From assembly GCF_001194135.2 (NCBI RefSeq), contig NC_068983.1:110589524-110626789 (forward strand): a stretch of 37,266 nt of DNA, given 5' to 3'. Below, piece after piece: positions 11,655 to 24,400 of this stretch (positions within the stretch are counted from its first letter, which is position 1; every line of letters begins with the position of its first letter). The translations under genes were made by a program, and so were the position numbers. Source of the DNA: Octopus bimaculoides (lineage: Eukaryota). A model generated the notes under the pieces. That model had not been told where the DNA came from. It worked only from the letters and a program-made list of their open reading frames with translations, and did no database searches.

Positions 11655-12829
11655 AAAATGGACTAATGAAGTACATCAAAAGGAGATTTCGTGAAGTTTA
11701 AAATACAGATTTTTTTTTCACAAGTAGAATGTCTATTTGATCGGCATGACGCGAGATCGTCTGGTTTGTTATTGCTACAGCAAACTATCTTCAGTTTTTT
11801 CAATTTTCGTAGCTTACCGTAACATAATTTTCGTTGCTTTTCAAAGGCATATAATCATCTTTAAACCTAAGCTGAAATATCAATAATTGCGACTTCACAT
11901 ATCTTATGTGTGCGTAGAAACTGAATGACAAACGATGGAAAATACTTTTTTGCGTTCCAAATGCATTTATACTTATATAGTTTTAAACTTATGATTTATT
12001 TTGCAAACACTTTTCATCATTTCTAAAGGTAAGAATATTTCACAGTACATGTAGTACTATTTATTATTATTGTCCATAATAAATGTCTGAGGGGAAAAGT
12101 GAAAGAGAAATGGCTGTGTTTCATAATTTATTTGTTTGTCAAATGATCTATAATTTTACAATTTATTTTTGAAAGATATTGTCAAATGTTCCATATTTTA
12201 TAAACGTTTTAATCATTTCTCAAATTTCGTATATTTTTATCAGCTTTTGTTACTAATCTTCTACATTCTTCTAATTTATTTTTATCTCATAGTAACAACA
12301 TTTTACAGTGCCCATGATGCTATTTTATAGTAAAAAAATTAGTAATTGTAAATTCCTGTTAAGTTGAATATTGTACATGGAATGTAGCGAAGGCAAAACA
12401 AGTTAACGTTTTGCAGATTACAGACTAAATGATTTATTTTTCAAAGGACTGCACATCAAATAAATAATGATTCCCAAAACTTCAGTGTCCTGAAATATTT
12501 CTGTTTGTTTCATGTATATAGTCTGGTTATGAAATGGATAAAGGATTTATTTAAAAAGTTCTCGGGAGAGCAGACTTAACGAAAATATTACATTGATGCT
12601 TTGATGTAAAGAGGAATGTTAATAGTTGTCAAACTTACTCGTTATTAAATTAGTTTACTTGTAAAGAGTTATAAATTGTAGCACGGACGAGAGGCTCATC
12701 ACAAGAAAACTAACGAAGAAGGATACCCCAAAACCACCACCACCAAGAAGCAGCATGCCAAAAACGTAATATTTTTTCCCTCTTAGTTATTCAGACCATA
12801 ATCGAAATTTTAACTGCACATTTCATATG

Positions 12830-13372
12830 TTACTCTTTACTCTTTTACTCTTTTACTTGTTTCAGTCATTTGACTGTGGCCATGCTGGAGCACCACCTTT
12901 AGTCGAGCAAACCGACCCCAGGACTTATTCTTTGCAAGCCTAGTACTTATTCTATCGGTCACTTTTGCCGAACCGCTAAGTGACGGGGACGTAAACACAC
13001 CAGCATCGGTTGTCAAGCGATGTTGGGGGGGGGCAAACACAGACACACAAACATATATATATATATATATATANNNNNNNNNNNNNNNNNNNNNNNNNNN
13101 NNNNNNNNNNNNNNNNNNNNNNNNNNNNNNNNNNNNNNNNNNNNNNNNNNNNNNNNNNNNNNNNNNNNNNNNNNNNNNNNNNNNNNNNNNNNNNNNNNNN
13201 TATATATACACGCACACACACATACATATATACGACTGGCTTCTTTCAGTTTCTGTTTACCAAATCAACTCACAAGGCTATGGTCGGCCCGAAGACACTT
13301 GCCCAAGGTGCCACGCAGTGTGACTGAACCCGGAGCCATGTGATTCGTAAGCAAGCTACTTACTACACATGT
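12830..13372 (-). mobile_element. tRNA-derived SINE (Octopus-type) with internal microsatellite/gap and (TAAAAGAG)-like tail
   Basis: Minus strand reads GTAGTAAGTAGCTTGCTTACGAATCACATGGCTCCGGGTTCAGTC (tRNA-like head, B-box), then TGGCACCTTGGGCAAGTGTCTT, an internal TA/TG repeat, and a 3' end ...CAGTCAAATGACTGAAACAAGTAAAAGAGTAAAAGAG. Confidence 0.85.
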
Positions 13373-14849
13373 TGGTGATGAAATTACTAGAAACATTTAA
13401 GAGAGACATGAAAGACTTCGGAAGGAAAACTAAATGAAAATCGGAGCATAAGTAAATCGTCTCCAGCAAATTGAAAGAGTCGGCAAACGATATGAAAATT
13501 ATTTCTTGTCAAGAAGGAACATTTGTGTAAGAAAATTTGTAAATACCATATAATTTCTTAACGCATAGGCTTCTACATGCTGTGAAAATTAAAATTGTGG
13601 TTGAATGGATTAATTATATTTAGTAATATATATTAAATTTATATTCTATGACATTCTGACTTCATAGTCAAATACGTCTATCTTCTATGGGTAAATCTGT
13701 GTGACATCCAAATGGAAACAGCTTTAGTTGAAAAAGAATATGGTAATTAATGGAGAGTTAGATTTTAACTGACCGAGTGATAAGAAGGAGGCCTTTTCAT
13801 TGTCTCGTGACATTTTCACTTTTGGGGTGTGGTATAGTTAATGACAGAATTATGAATAGTGTGCACTAGGTACACTATAAAGGGTACGCATCATAAAATA
13901 AATTGCTCTTTTAAGGATGACTTGGAATTGCTTACCTAAGATTATGACTGAACGAAAGGTTTAGCATATAAGTTCAATTTTTCGGTGAATGTGTTAGGAT
14001 GAAATTTGAGATAAAAACAAAATTAAGTACTAAAGTTTAAGAAAAAATGGAAACAGTTGAAAGTCGAATATAATTACCGCATATCTCATTAAGAAATAGT
14101 TACAGCGTTATAAAGTTTAGTCGTAATAGAGTAATAGCAGATAATAAAAATACGTATAAAAATCATTTCGAACTTTGCAAGAAGTGCCTAAATCTAATCA
14201 TAAATGGTAAACTTAAATTTCACTTACACATGGTTTATATGTTACTTCGATTATTGTATGCTAATCGTAATTGGTATAAAAGAGTGAAAGTCAGATTCAG
14301 AAAATTTACCTCAATAAAACAGCAGAGTAAAAGAATTAGCTGTCATAAACGCATTTAGTGCTGAGAAAATTCTGCATTATCGTACTTAAGAAATGGTGCA
14401 CAACTACTTGAGTCGAGATTAGGCAAACTAGAATTGCTAACAGAATGTAATGTATAGCATCGTGAGAATTCAAAACACAGAAATGGCTTGGCAAGAGCAT
14501 AAGATGTGCTGGACTGATTCTTTTGGAAATTTATATTAATATGAACATATGAATAAATCATGATTTTTTAATAAAAATAAAAGTCAGACTGAAACCGGAG
14601 TGTGCATCATTAACATTTGCAACACAATAGCAAAGTATGAGAACAAACAGTATCAGAATCCATAAAGACAAAAAACCATTAAATCATGAGACAGTGGAAT
14701 ATGTGGTAAAATGATAAAATGTTGCACATTTGGTAAGTGCATGCAATAAATTAGTTATGAAAAAATATGAGAAAAGTATTATAGTATCACATAGATTGTC
14801 CCATAGGAATTTTGTGGAAAATATAAATTATAAACAAAGTAATAATAAA

Positions 14850-15612
14850 ATAAAGTGTACATACCGATCTCTTAATATAACAGTAATTCTTAGGTATTTC
14901 AACATCTAATGTAACTATACAATGCACAATAGGAGGCTTACTCTTGCTGAAATAAAACAAAAAGCAAATGAATGTGCAATACTCGACAGAGCCGTATTTG
15001 AGAACAATTGAATTAGATTCACAGAAGACGACAAACAAATGTAGTTTATCATTTGGATAGTATATCAGAAGCTGTAAATGTGTGGTCTCTCGATAAGATA
15101 TTCGCACATCAATAATACCAATCTCCAGATATATACTAGAGACAGGGTAATAACTGTAATAAGAATTAGAGCAATGCATGAACATAGTTCATTAGACATA
15201 GCATTATGTGCAGATTATGCAACCGTACAATAAGGTATCTGGCTATATTATCTTCGGCTCCTACTTTTTGAGTACGTTCTAGTCGACAGTAACATTACTT
15301 AGATATAAATAATTTGTGATGAAAAAAGACACGAAATTATTAAACATATACCAAATATGAAACATTACAATCATCTCGTCACAATAATCTTGTATATATT
15401 AGATCAAAAAGAACAAAGCTAACTTTTCTTAGATGAAAATCAAAATCAAAACAAAAATAAAATAGACGACGGGTCCCGTTCTGAGTAAAATGTTACTCGA
15501 AAGGAAATGGAGAAAATATCGAAGTACAAAGATCTTGAAATTATAACAAACAGACTGAGACACAAAAGAAACATCAGAAACAATAATAGCTGGAGTACTA
15601 GGTGTGCTAAAT
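14850..15612 (+). mobile_element. Highly degraded R4/Dong-like non-LTR 3' fragment (REL endonuclease region)
   Basis: Remnants R(H)NKVSGYI at about 15225 and KEMEKISKYKDLEI...ETIIAGVLG at about 15500-15605. Confidence 0.55.
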
Positions 15613-15618
15613 AATTGT

Positions 15619-15818
15619 TACTACCATAGGTATAAGGCTTGAAGTTTTGTGCGGTAAGGCATTATTCAATAGGTGCCTGTGTTTAAATGGCCCTTATTTC
15701 ATGAACCCCAAAGGATCAAAAGCAAAATCAGTGGAATATGAACGGGGACCGTGAAGATGGATGAAATGCCGTTAAGAATTTTGCCCGGCTTGCTAACGAT
15801 TCGGCAAGCTCGCCGCCT
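15619..15818 (-). mobile_element. About 220-bp tRNA-derived SINE (family B), degraded copy
   Basis: Minus head GGCGGCGAGCTTGCCGAATCGTTAGCAAGCCGGGCAAAAT, homologous to the copies at 22104 and 25018. Confidence 0.75.
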
Positions 15819-16097
15819 TTTACGTTTGATAAATAATTACAAAGTTTATACAAGTGTTAACAACGTTACATGTATTTTAAGTAATAGCCCAGCTGTGGTG
15901 AGCCCATATCGGAAAAACGGTCACTTACAACATATAGCTCGACACAAAATTTACTGTTTCGCACAACACAAACCATATCATATGCAATATACAACACAAC
16001 TGAGATCCTTCTACGAAATGAATACGTAAAACTCTTAATATTACTTATTCGCACAACCTACATTCTAACGCGCTGCAACTTATTCTTGCTGCACAAT

Positions 16098-16152
16098 CTA
16101 CACACTACGTATCCTACACACTACGTATTCTACACACTACGTATTCTACACA
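16098..16152. repeat. 16-bp tandem repeat (CTACACACTACGTATT), about 3.4 copies
   Basis: Units start at 16098, 16114, 16130, with a partial unit at 16146. Confidence 0.9.
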
Positions 16153-16317
16153 ATCATTGTCAGACAGTGAAACACATATCGCCAACCACACAGCCATTTT
16201 GAAATATACGCTCCAACAAATTAACATGCAAATCATATTGCTTCATATCAGAAGAAACAGAAAATATCAACACAAACAACAAAAAATCGGATGTAATATA
16301 CTAACACAAGAAAAAGG

Positions 16318-16638
16318 AGCACTCCGTCGGTTACGACGATGAGGGTCCCAGCTGATCCGATCAACGGAACAGCTTGCTCGTGAAATTAACGTGCAAGTGA
16401 CTGAGCAATCCACAGACGCGTGTACCCCTAACGTAGTTCTCAGGGAGGTTCAGCGTGACACAGAGTGTGACAAGGCCGGCCCTTTGAAATACAGGTACTA
16501 CTCATTTTTGCCAGCTGAGTGGACTAGAGCAGCGTGAAATAAAGTGTCTTGCTCAAAGACACAACGCGTCGCCGGGAATTGAACTCACGACTTTACGACC
16601 GTGAGCCGAATGCCCTAACCACTAAGCCACGCGCTTTC
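16318..16638 (-). mobile_element. tRNA-derived SINE (family C1)
   Basis: Minus head GCGCGTGGCTTAGTGGTTAGGGCATTCGGCTCACGGTCGTAAAGTCGTGAGTTCAATTCCCGG with A- and B-boxes. The 3' 180 bp are shared with the 25796-26184 copy. Confidence 0.88.
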
Positions 16639-16899
16639 GCTAACACAAGATAGCGTTTCAGAAAGACATTGATGTATGCACCCTAGAAACACATGGGTTT
16701 TCATTGGTAATGGACTAGAAAAACGCATGTAACAGCTGAAAATAAATACTTCTCCAGTTTAGATTTCTACCTATGTTTTTGTTTTGTCTTTTACTGAGCA
16801 TACAACTGGTTTCAATTGCCTTAGGAGATGCGTAAGTAATTTCATTTAACTCAGTAAGATCAACTTTTAATACTTGTATCATTTCTTTCGTTACATAGT

Positions 16900-17670
16900 T
16901 GCCAATTAAATTTTTTCTTTATTTTGCATTGTATTTGAGAGTTTATGGAATAGTTGTCTATCATTCATACTTGTATGCCTTACAACTACTAGCATCTTCG
17001 GAATTTTCTGTCTCATTTCTATCATATTCTCTGTGTGTCTTTCAACAAATGTGTGGCCTTCAAATACTGTTTCTCTGTCTCTTTCCTCGCTATCTTTATC
17101 AGGTTCATTAGAATATCTTATTTGTTCAGGCCTTTGTGTAATATAGTCACATGACAGTCTTTCAATTAAGACTTGTGGTGGGCTACTCTCTTCATCTGAC
17201 TCTTCATCTACTTCCTGCCTTGTATTTAGGTCATTTTCCTCTGCGTGCTTGATCGCGATTATTTCACTATTTGTGAGATTATTATTTCTTAAGATATTCC
17301 TCCTTACATTTATCGACTTCTTTTCATCCACATAAGGTTTACTGTCTTGATTCCGTGTTCTCCAGTTCTCCATATTTTATAAGAGTTTACGATGTCTCTC
17401 TTGAGATGGCCTAACTAATGCATGGTAATTAGTTTATATTACGCCTTTACAGACTTCCCGGTTCCATTTGATACCCTTTCATTTTTCTTCCTTTAGTGAC
17501 TTTGGTAGTGAGCTTCGAAGGTTCTAGTTGGGGCAGTTTCCTCCCTTTCAAGTGACTATCCAGGTTCGCATTCGGAGAAGAGTTTGTGCCAGTAGACGAC
17601 CTTTTAATCCCAGGCTGGCTTTCCCCCTAGGGGCGCACTTCCAGATTAACCATATGACATGCGATTTGGT
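16900..17670 (-). mobile_element. R4/Dong-like non-LTR 5' fragment (5' UTR plus N-terminal domain)
   Basis: Minus peptide ENWRTRNQDSKPYVDEKKSINVRRNILRNNNLTNSEIIAIK resembles the N-terminal domain of R4-clade ORFs and the corresponding part of the 18404 copy. Family call is from motif recollection. Confidence 0.5.
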
Positions 17671-18267
17671 GTACTGTTATAATTTTCCTTTTTTATTTCA
17701 TAAAAAAAAATTGAACTGCATTAATATTATTAATATTGAGCCCCGTGTGGTTAATGAAGAAAAGGTTATTACTAATTCTACTATTAAGCACTTCTCCAGT
17801 AGCAATCGTTGATTACCACTACCACTGTTGCTGTCTCTGTTCCTGTTGTCATCCTCTGTAGTTATGGTTACAGTGTAGCTGTTTTCTTCATTTTTGTTGC
17901 TGTTATTTTATGAGCTGCCTCCAATGTGGCTGCCGCTGGCGACCAGCAGAGTTAAGTCTGCTGGCTTTGCTCCAACTACTTTGTAGTATTATTAAATGTT
18001 ATTAGATACAATTCCTGTCTTGTATTTGAGATAGACATAAGTACATGAGAGTTGGTGGGATAGTGATTACACTATCATCTTATCTTCAAATTACTTTTAA
18101 AACAGACTTATAATTTTCTTCTGTATTGGTCTCTAGGCCACTACTCTGTGTAAAGCCTAAATTAGTACACCCTGATCATAATACAGACTTAAATTTCTAA
18201 CTTGTCTCTTGAGGCTTCTGAGTGAGATTGGGAGTCAACTTGCGCGAATACAAATCAAAAGATAAAT

Positions 18268-18342
18268 ATATAATAATATTATTAATAATAATAATAACAA
18301 CAACAACAACGACAACAATAATAATAATAATAATAATGATAA
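18268..18342. repeat. (AAT)n/(AAC)n compound microsatellite
   Basis: Directly visible. Confidence 0.93.
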
Positions 18343-19342
18343 TCGTTGATAGTGTCACAATAAAACCACTGGAAATTGCGCAACATTATAATCGCTACCT
18401 TATATGAGTGACAATGAAAACAAAATATTGTGAATAACGGTGGTAATGAAACTGAAGCCCTTGATGGCGGCGGTGTTGCACTCGGCAGGCTCAGAGATAC
18501 TGGTTCGAATCCAACCCGTCGTTATTCAGCAATGAACCAGCACACGTGGCGTAGATGGAAAAAGCAAGTCAATGCTATGCTTACGGAGTGCTATTACCTG
18601 AGCAACGAAATGGTGCTCATATTAGGGGATACCAAGAACGTATGTATGATCAATGGCGAGAAAGAGGATTGTTTCAACTCCCGGAACAGAGATTATTTGA
18701 TCATGCTAGAATAATAAGAAAAAGTAGTTGGTTCACAGAAGTGGAGCACGAAGCTATAAAAATACGGCTATTGGAAAACAGCAGCAGGGGAAACGATAAA
18801 AATACAGTTCCTACTGATACAATTAATCTCATAGTAGAAAACAGAGGTGAAATCTCTTATAAACCACAGGAAAGGAACAGTGTTAGCTTGCTCGATGAGA
18901 GACATGTAGATGGTTTGGAAGAAAACAATAAAACCAATGGTGACATGACCGATGAGCAAAAGGCAATCTACGACAGAATAAAGGCAAGACTGTAGGAGAA
19001 AGATAGCAACATTATTTGCAACTTTAAAAAGGTTGATCGGTGGAAATTGAACCAAGAAACGAAAAATGTGAATGAAATTCTGAAATACGACAAAACAAGA
19101 AACATCACGTAAACAAATGATTTGATCAAGGCAGTAAGAATTGCAGCAGAAAATATGAGTGCTGATGTCAAGAAAAAGAATCACAATGTGAGCGACAAAA
19201 GAAAATATCCAAGGTGGAAAAGATGAATACAGGCGGGATTCGATATGCCCTCGAAAGATATTTCTGTGTTAGATCAAAAAGAGAAGTGTGAGCTTAAAAG
19301 TAGAAAAAAAATACCGGGCACTGAACAAGAAGCATGATATTC
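18343..19342 (+). mobile_element. R4/Dong-like non-LTR retrotransposon, 5' portion (pseudogenised ORF from ATG 18404)
   Basis: RRWKKQVNAMLTECYYLS, then RGYQERMYDQWRERGLFQLPEQRLFDHARIIRKSSWFTEVEHEAIK, then YPRWKR. Several frameshifts and stops. Confidence 0.7.
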
Positions 19343-20272
19343 AAGCTCGAAGGGCAGATCAGTTAATCCTGACGATTAGCCCCGAATGAAGCCCATTATC
19401 ACGTCCCGTATTTCCTCAATTGTTATACTTTCGCACCACTCCGAATTTCTTGCTGAGAGTCGTTGCAGGCTATTTAGGTAGGCAGCAAAATCCATCATGC
19501 GGTCAGATCCACTGTTCGTCCCGAACAATTCAGCCAAATTTGCACACATTAGCTCTGGTTCGTTTAACGTACACCCATTTTGATCCACCAAAGACCGAAT
19601 TGTGTTTCGTTGCCATTTTGCGCCTCAACCACCCGGGCCAATCGGGCAGGATTCGTTCCCTCCTGTCTTGGAGCATTACTTTAGCTCTGACAATGCAACC
19701 TTCGTGATTGGCGTTGAAGTGTTCATCGAGGGACAACATCGCTGCTATCACGCCAGTTGCAATGCCTTTCCTAATTACTTCATCTAGCTTTCTCACTAAA
19801 TTGTCCTCAAATCTATTTCTTTCTAGAGCTAAAATTTTGCTAAATCTAACTGATTCTAATTTGATGGTCCTTTTTAGGTTACACCACCATGTATTACTGA
19901 CGATTGCCCCCATCAGAGCTTTTTGAACTAACTCTTTAATGCGGTCTCTGTAAGCTTGGCACACAAGAAGTGACGTGTTCAGCTTCCAATAGCTAGGGCC
20001 CTGTCTACGCATGTTATCTAGGTCGACCTTACAGGTCACCAATTTGTGATCTGTGTAACCGACGATTTGAAATTCTGGACAACAAATACTATCCCTATCT
20101 AAAGACATGCAAAATACTCTATCTAGATACGATCTGGATGTTCCGATGCGCTTTTCCCATGGCCACGTTGGCACATTCGGGGACTTCAGTCGGTGTTTGT
20201 CATATAGTTGAAAGTGTTTGAACAGGTTTGCGAGGCTTTTGCAACCCCCTTACCTATCGGCTAGCCCCGCAC
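19343..20272 (-). mobile_element. L1/Tx1-clade internal fragment (APE endonuclease C-terminus, linker, start of RT)
   Basis: SRSYLDRVF, YTDHKLV and GPSYWKLNTSLL (APE end motifs), then SITIEEIRDVI and a degenerate GKSPGLDGLPFE at about 19345-19385. Confidence 0.88.
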
Positions 20273-20289
20273 TATCTATTTGTGCATCT

Positions 20290-20440
20290 AAGAGAGCGTT
20301 AAAACCATCCAATAACACTAATTGATGTATCAATCCCAGCAGAGGACAACGTTTCCCTAAAAGAAATAGAGAAACTTTCAAAATACAACGACCTGGAATT
20401 AGAGGTGACTCGAATGTGGAATCTAAAAACAGAAACAAGA
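20290..20440 (+). mobile_element. R4/Dong-like REL endonuclease fragment (3' continuation of the 18343 element)
   Basis: LIDVSIPAEDNVSLKEIEKLSKYNDLELEVTRMWNLKTET, the D...K(E)K..KY..L motif of restriction-enzyme-like endonucleases. Confidence 0.82.
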
Positions 20441-20916
20441 TATGTCCTTGCACTTTCTTTGCCATTTTTCCATTGCCTTTTTTACTACTCTTCTATGCGG
20501 CTCAGATAAAAATAGTAATGTTGGTGATGATGATGATAACAGTAATATAGTTGTTATTATTATTATTATTATTATCATTATTATTATTATTATTATTATT
20601 AATTAGACTAAGAAAAAAATCACTCTTTACTACCAAAGTGTACCCACGGCTAATGCCACGGAGTCGACATAACATATCAGAAGAAGTTTAATTCAAAATT
20701 ATCAAATGCAGGAAATAGCATTAAAAAGAAAATCAGCAACTGAATAACTTTACATGAAAGTGAAATATTCGTAGAGAAATATTAAGACATAGTATATCAA
20801 AACCAAAATTATTATAAAACACTATGCAAATATTCACGAGAATAAAATTTAAAAATCAAAGTACTCTGTGACTTCTACAAGTAGGAGTCGCAATAAATAT
20901 ATTACAAACAAATGCA

Positions 20917-21234
<318 letters not shown>

Positions 21235-21510
21235 TGTCTGCAATATTTCAGAGTATGTGACAGACAAAATTCCGAAAAGTTTTCAAGAAATATAACTGAA
21301 ATGAAATTGAAGAAAAACTACAGGCCAACGAAATATCTGGCAACATAAAAAAAGAATCCTAATCAAAGAAGCTAACCGTGAATTAAAGGGGCAATTTAAT
21401 TAAATTGCTATAACGATCTTACCGGAAATAGCTAATGTCACAGTCATCATAACAGAAATAAGGGATAATAGAGCAACACGGTTTGAAATAAGGAGAAGCA
21501 TATTTAGAAA

Positions 21511-21730
21511 TACGAGGACGTTTTGAAAAGTTCTTGGCTTCTGGTAAAGGAAAATACAGGAGGAACAGTTGACTATGGCTTTATTCAACATATTCCCCTC
21601 TCATATTTACACACTTATTGGAGCAGCACTTCAGTTTGTTATGCCCTGTGAAAGGCTTCGGATGTTTGGGCCTCGACCTAGGCCTTTCACGATACTCTTA
21701 AACCCAGGAACTTTTAAGCACCCCCTCATA
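21511..21730. mobile_element. Tc1/mariner-type MITE (about 220 bp, TA at both ends)
   Basis: Left end TACGAGGACGTTTTGAAAAGTTCTTGGCTT versus reverse complement of the right end TATGAGGGGGTGCTTAAAAGTTCCTGGGTT: a mariner-like TIR of about 30 bp. Confidence 0.8.
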
Positions 21731-22103
21731 GTCAACATGCAATAACTTCCAACACAGAAGATTGTTTAGAGAATATCCAGACACATAATAGAAAGATATA
21801 TATATATATCTTCTAGCCAAAAAATGCAATACATATAGAGAAAATTAAACCGCGAAAGTAGAATAACATAGAGGTAAAAATAAGCAATTTTAATATAGAA
21901 ATCCTGGAAGTCTTGAAACAGAAACAGTAGAATTACGCATATTACTGGAGAGAGAAGATAAAAAGATTAATGCTGTTGTACCGCTTTCAGCTATTATTCA
22001 ATCAATGTGGTTACATAAAAATCGAATTTCTGAAAAAGAACAAGACAATAGAAAACAAAATGTGATTCAAATTAACAAGAAAAGTGTCTTGCAGTAAAAC
22101 AGA

Positions 22104-22327
22104 AATATTCTTTTCTACTCTAGGCACAAGGCCCGAAATTTTGTTTTGGTGGGGTGGACCAGTCGATTAGATCGACCCCTGTACGTAACTGGCACTTAAT
22201 TTATCGACCTCGAAAGGATGTAAGGCAAAGTCGACCTCGGCGGAATTTGAACTCAGAAGGTAAAGACAGACGAAACACCGCTAAGCATTTCGCCCGGTGT
22301 GCTAACATTTCTGCCTGCTCGCAGCCT
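22104..22327 (-). mobile_element. About 220-bp tRNA-derived SINE (family B), near full length
   Basis: Minus strand has a head ending TTCTGAGTTCAAATTCCGCCGAGG (B-box), then GTCGACTTTGCCTTACATCCTTTCGAGGTCGATAAA, and a tail GCCTTGTGCCTAGAGTAGAAAAGAATATT. Confidence 0.9.
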
Positions 22328-23898
22328 TATAAAACAGAAATATTGTAAAAGGATTGCTTTATCTCTCTACTTTTCTTTCCTCCGCCAAATGCAATACTAA
22401 ATGGTACAGAATTGTAGTGACCCTTTTGCCCACTTGTTCTAGGTGGATGCAGTCAAACTATATGTAGAATAATTCGAAGTAGAATAATTTCGAAGTAGAA
22501 TAATTTTATAGTTCTAATTCAATTTGAGACAACCTGAAAGACCTTTCGAGGCAGAATAATTTTATAGCTCTGAATCTGTATGAGGACTAGACTTTGAAAA
22601 TGCACTGCATAAAATTTTTAAAGAGTTATTTGACAATATTAGCTAGAGAATGGAGAAATCAGGAATAAATAAGATGCATAGATGTTTGTGGAACAAGGTA
22701 GGCAAGTAAATTTAAAACATACATATGTAAGAAACAATCCTAATGGATCACAAGTAACGGATTTGAATGATGCTAAAAATGTCACACACCTTAGGAATTC
22801 AGATATAAATAATTAATACAAATAGTCTCACTAACAAGTAACATTTCAATGTGTTTACTCTAGGATGTGCATGAAGAAAATAAACTACGCAAAAATATCA
22901 TGAGATACATATAACATGTATATCACCATTCAGACTGGGTGCAAGATATGTACCACGTGACGTGGTGTATTAAACCAGTATAACTGGATAAGATATTTTT
23001 CTTAAAATCAGAGCACTCTGCTTCATGGCGCTGATAAATAAGACTAAAACGTTGAACTCATATATAGAAACACCCTACAAATATTTTGTACATGATATTC
23101 TGTCAGAAACGTCTTTAAAATAAATTTATTCCATGCAGTACAGAAAGATGAGATATGGCAACTGAAGTAAAACAGAATGTGAAGCAAAACCAAACGGAGA
23201 AGAGTTGAGAAGATGGGCATAGAAACGTCTCCGGACACGATTAAATACAACACACTAGTATACAATCCCTGAAACAGCTGAATACCTGATAGTATACTTT
23301 ATGAATGCCGTAGATGGGAGGGTTAACAGAGGCTAGAGGTCATTATTATCATCTAGATGTCTTACAATGATAACATCAGAATAAATCAAATTATTCTAGG
23401 TTGTTTACCTCCAATCTTTGGAAGATATGCGCACAAGCATGCCTCATCTCATCGTATAAGCACATCCCAAAGACAGAACAAAAAATAACAATAACGTCAT
23501 TTGGGGGAACACTAGTACATACAGGCCAGTAGAAGAGACGGATTCAATTGTATAACATTTTATAAAATATATCAAACCCTTACAACTTGTTCAAATCTGA
23601 TCACAGTGCATTGGGAAACTCTCCAAATATAAGAAACAGAAATGTTGAGAATATGGTATATGGATACATGCTAGGCACGATATTAAGTACAAGAAAAACA
23701 TTCCGTGAATTGCCCAGAAAGCCTTCAATACGCTAAGTCCAGAAAATAGTAGCCTTAGGCGGTAGCCCTAAAACAACATTATTGCAAAAAAGAAATACTT
23801 TTAATCCCCTATACATTACTGTAAGGCTGATACATATTATGTGTACGCTTAAGGTGATTAATATTATGACGATAATGATGCAGATAATCATAATAATA

Positions 23899-23936
<38 letters not shown>

Positions 23937-23954
23937 AATAATAATAATAATAAT

Positions 23955-24400
23955 TCTTTATATTTCACGCACAGGGCCTGACATTTTATAGAAGGGTCTA
24001 CTTGATTTCATCGACAGCAGTGCTTAATCGATGGTTATTTCCTCGACCCCGAAATGAGGAAAATCAAAGTGGACCTAGGCGTAATTTGAACTCAGAATGT
24101 AAAGCATGCAAATAATTATTTCAGCCGGTCGCATTAATAATGGCTTGAAACTTTGGCAGAAGGATAGCAGTTTGATGGAAGGGGGTAAGTTGATTATATT
24201 AACCCCAGTACTCAGCTGATACTTATTGTATCGACCCCGAAAGGATGAAAAGCAATGTAGGCTTCGGCGGGATTTGAACTCAGAAGGTAAAGACAGACGA
24301 AATACCGCCAAGGATTTTGCTCGGAGTGCTAACGATTCCACTCGCTCGCTGCCTTCATAATAACCATAGTCCTTTCATCAATAGGCATAAGGCCTGAAGT
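23955..24400 (-). mobile_element. Head-to-tail cluster of family B SINE pieces (about 23955-24105, 24140-24357, 24367-24400)
   Basis: Repeated TCGACCCCGAAA...ATTTGAACTCAGAA motif twice, plus a third tail fragment. Confidence 0.8.

Noticed and set aside
14787-15185. 132-aa minus-strand ORF
   Set aside because: It lies antisense to a degraded R4-like remnant and has no motif of its own.
16098-16152. Short tandem repeats (also about 22476-22520 and 27952-27993) as CRISPR-like arrays
   Set aside because: No spacers, eukaryotic context and no cas genes. These are simple slippage duplications.
18488-18515. GGTTCGAATCC B-box-like motif
   Set aside because: It lies inside the R4-like ORF remnant (codons for TGSNP), with no A-box or cloverleaf. 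The SINE heads elsewhere were likewise not called tRNA genes because they lack acceptor stems.
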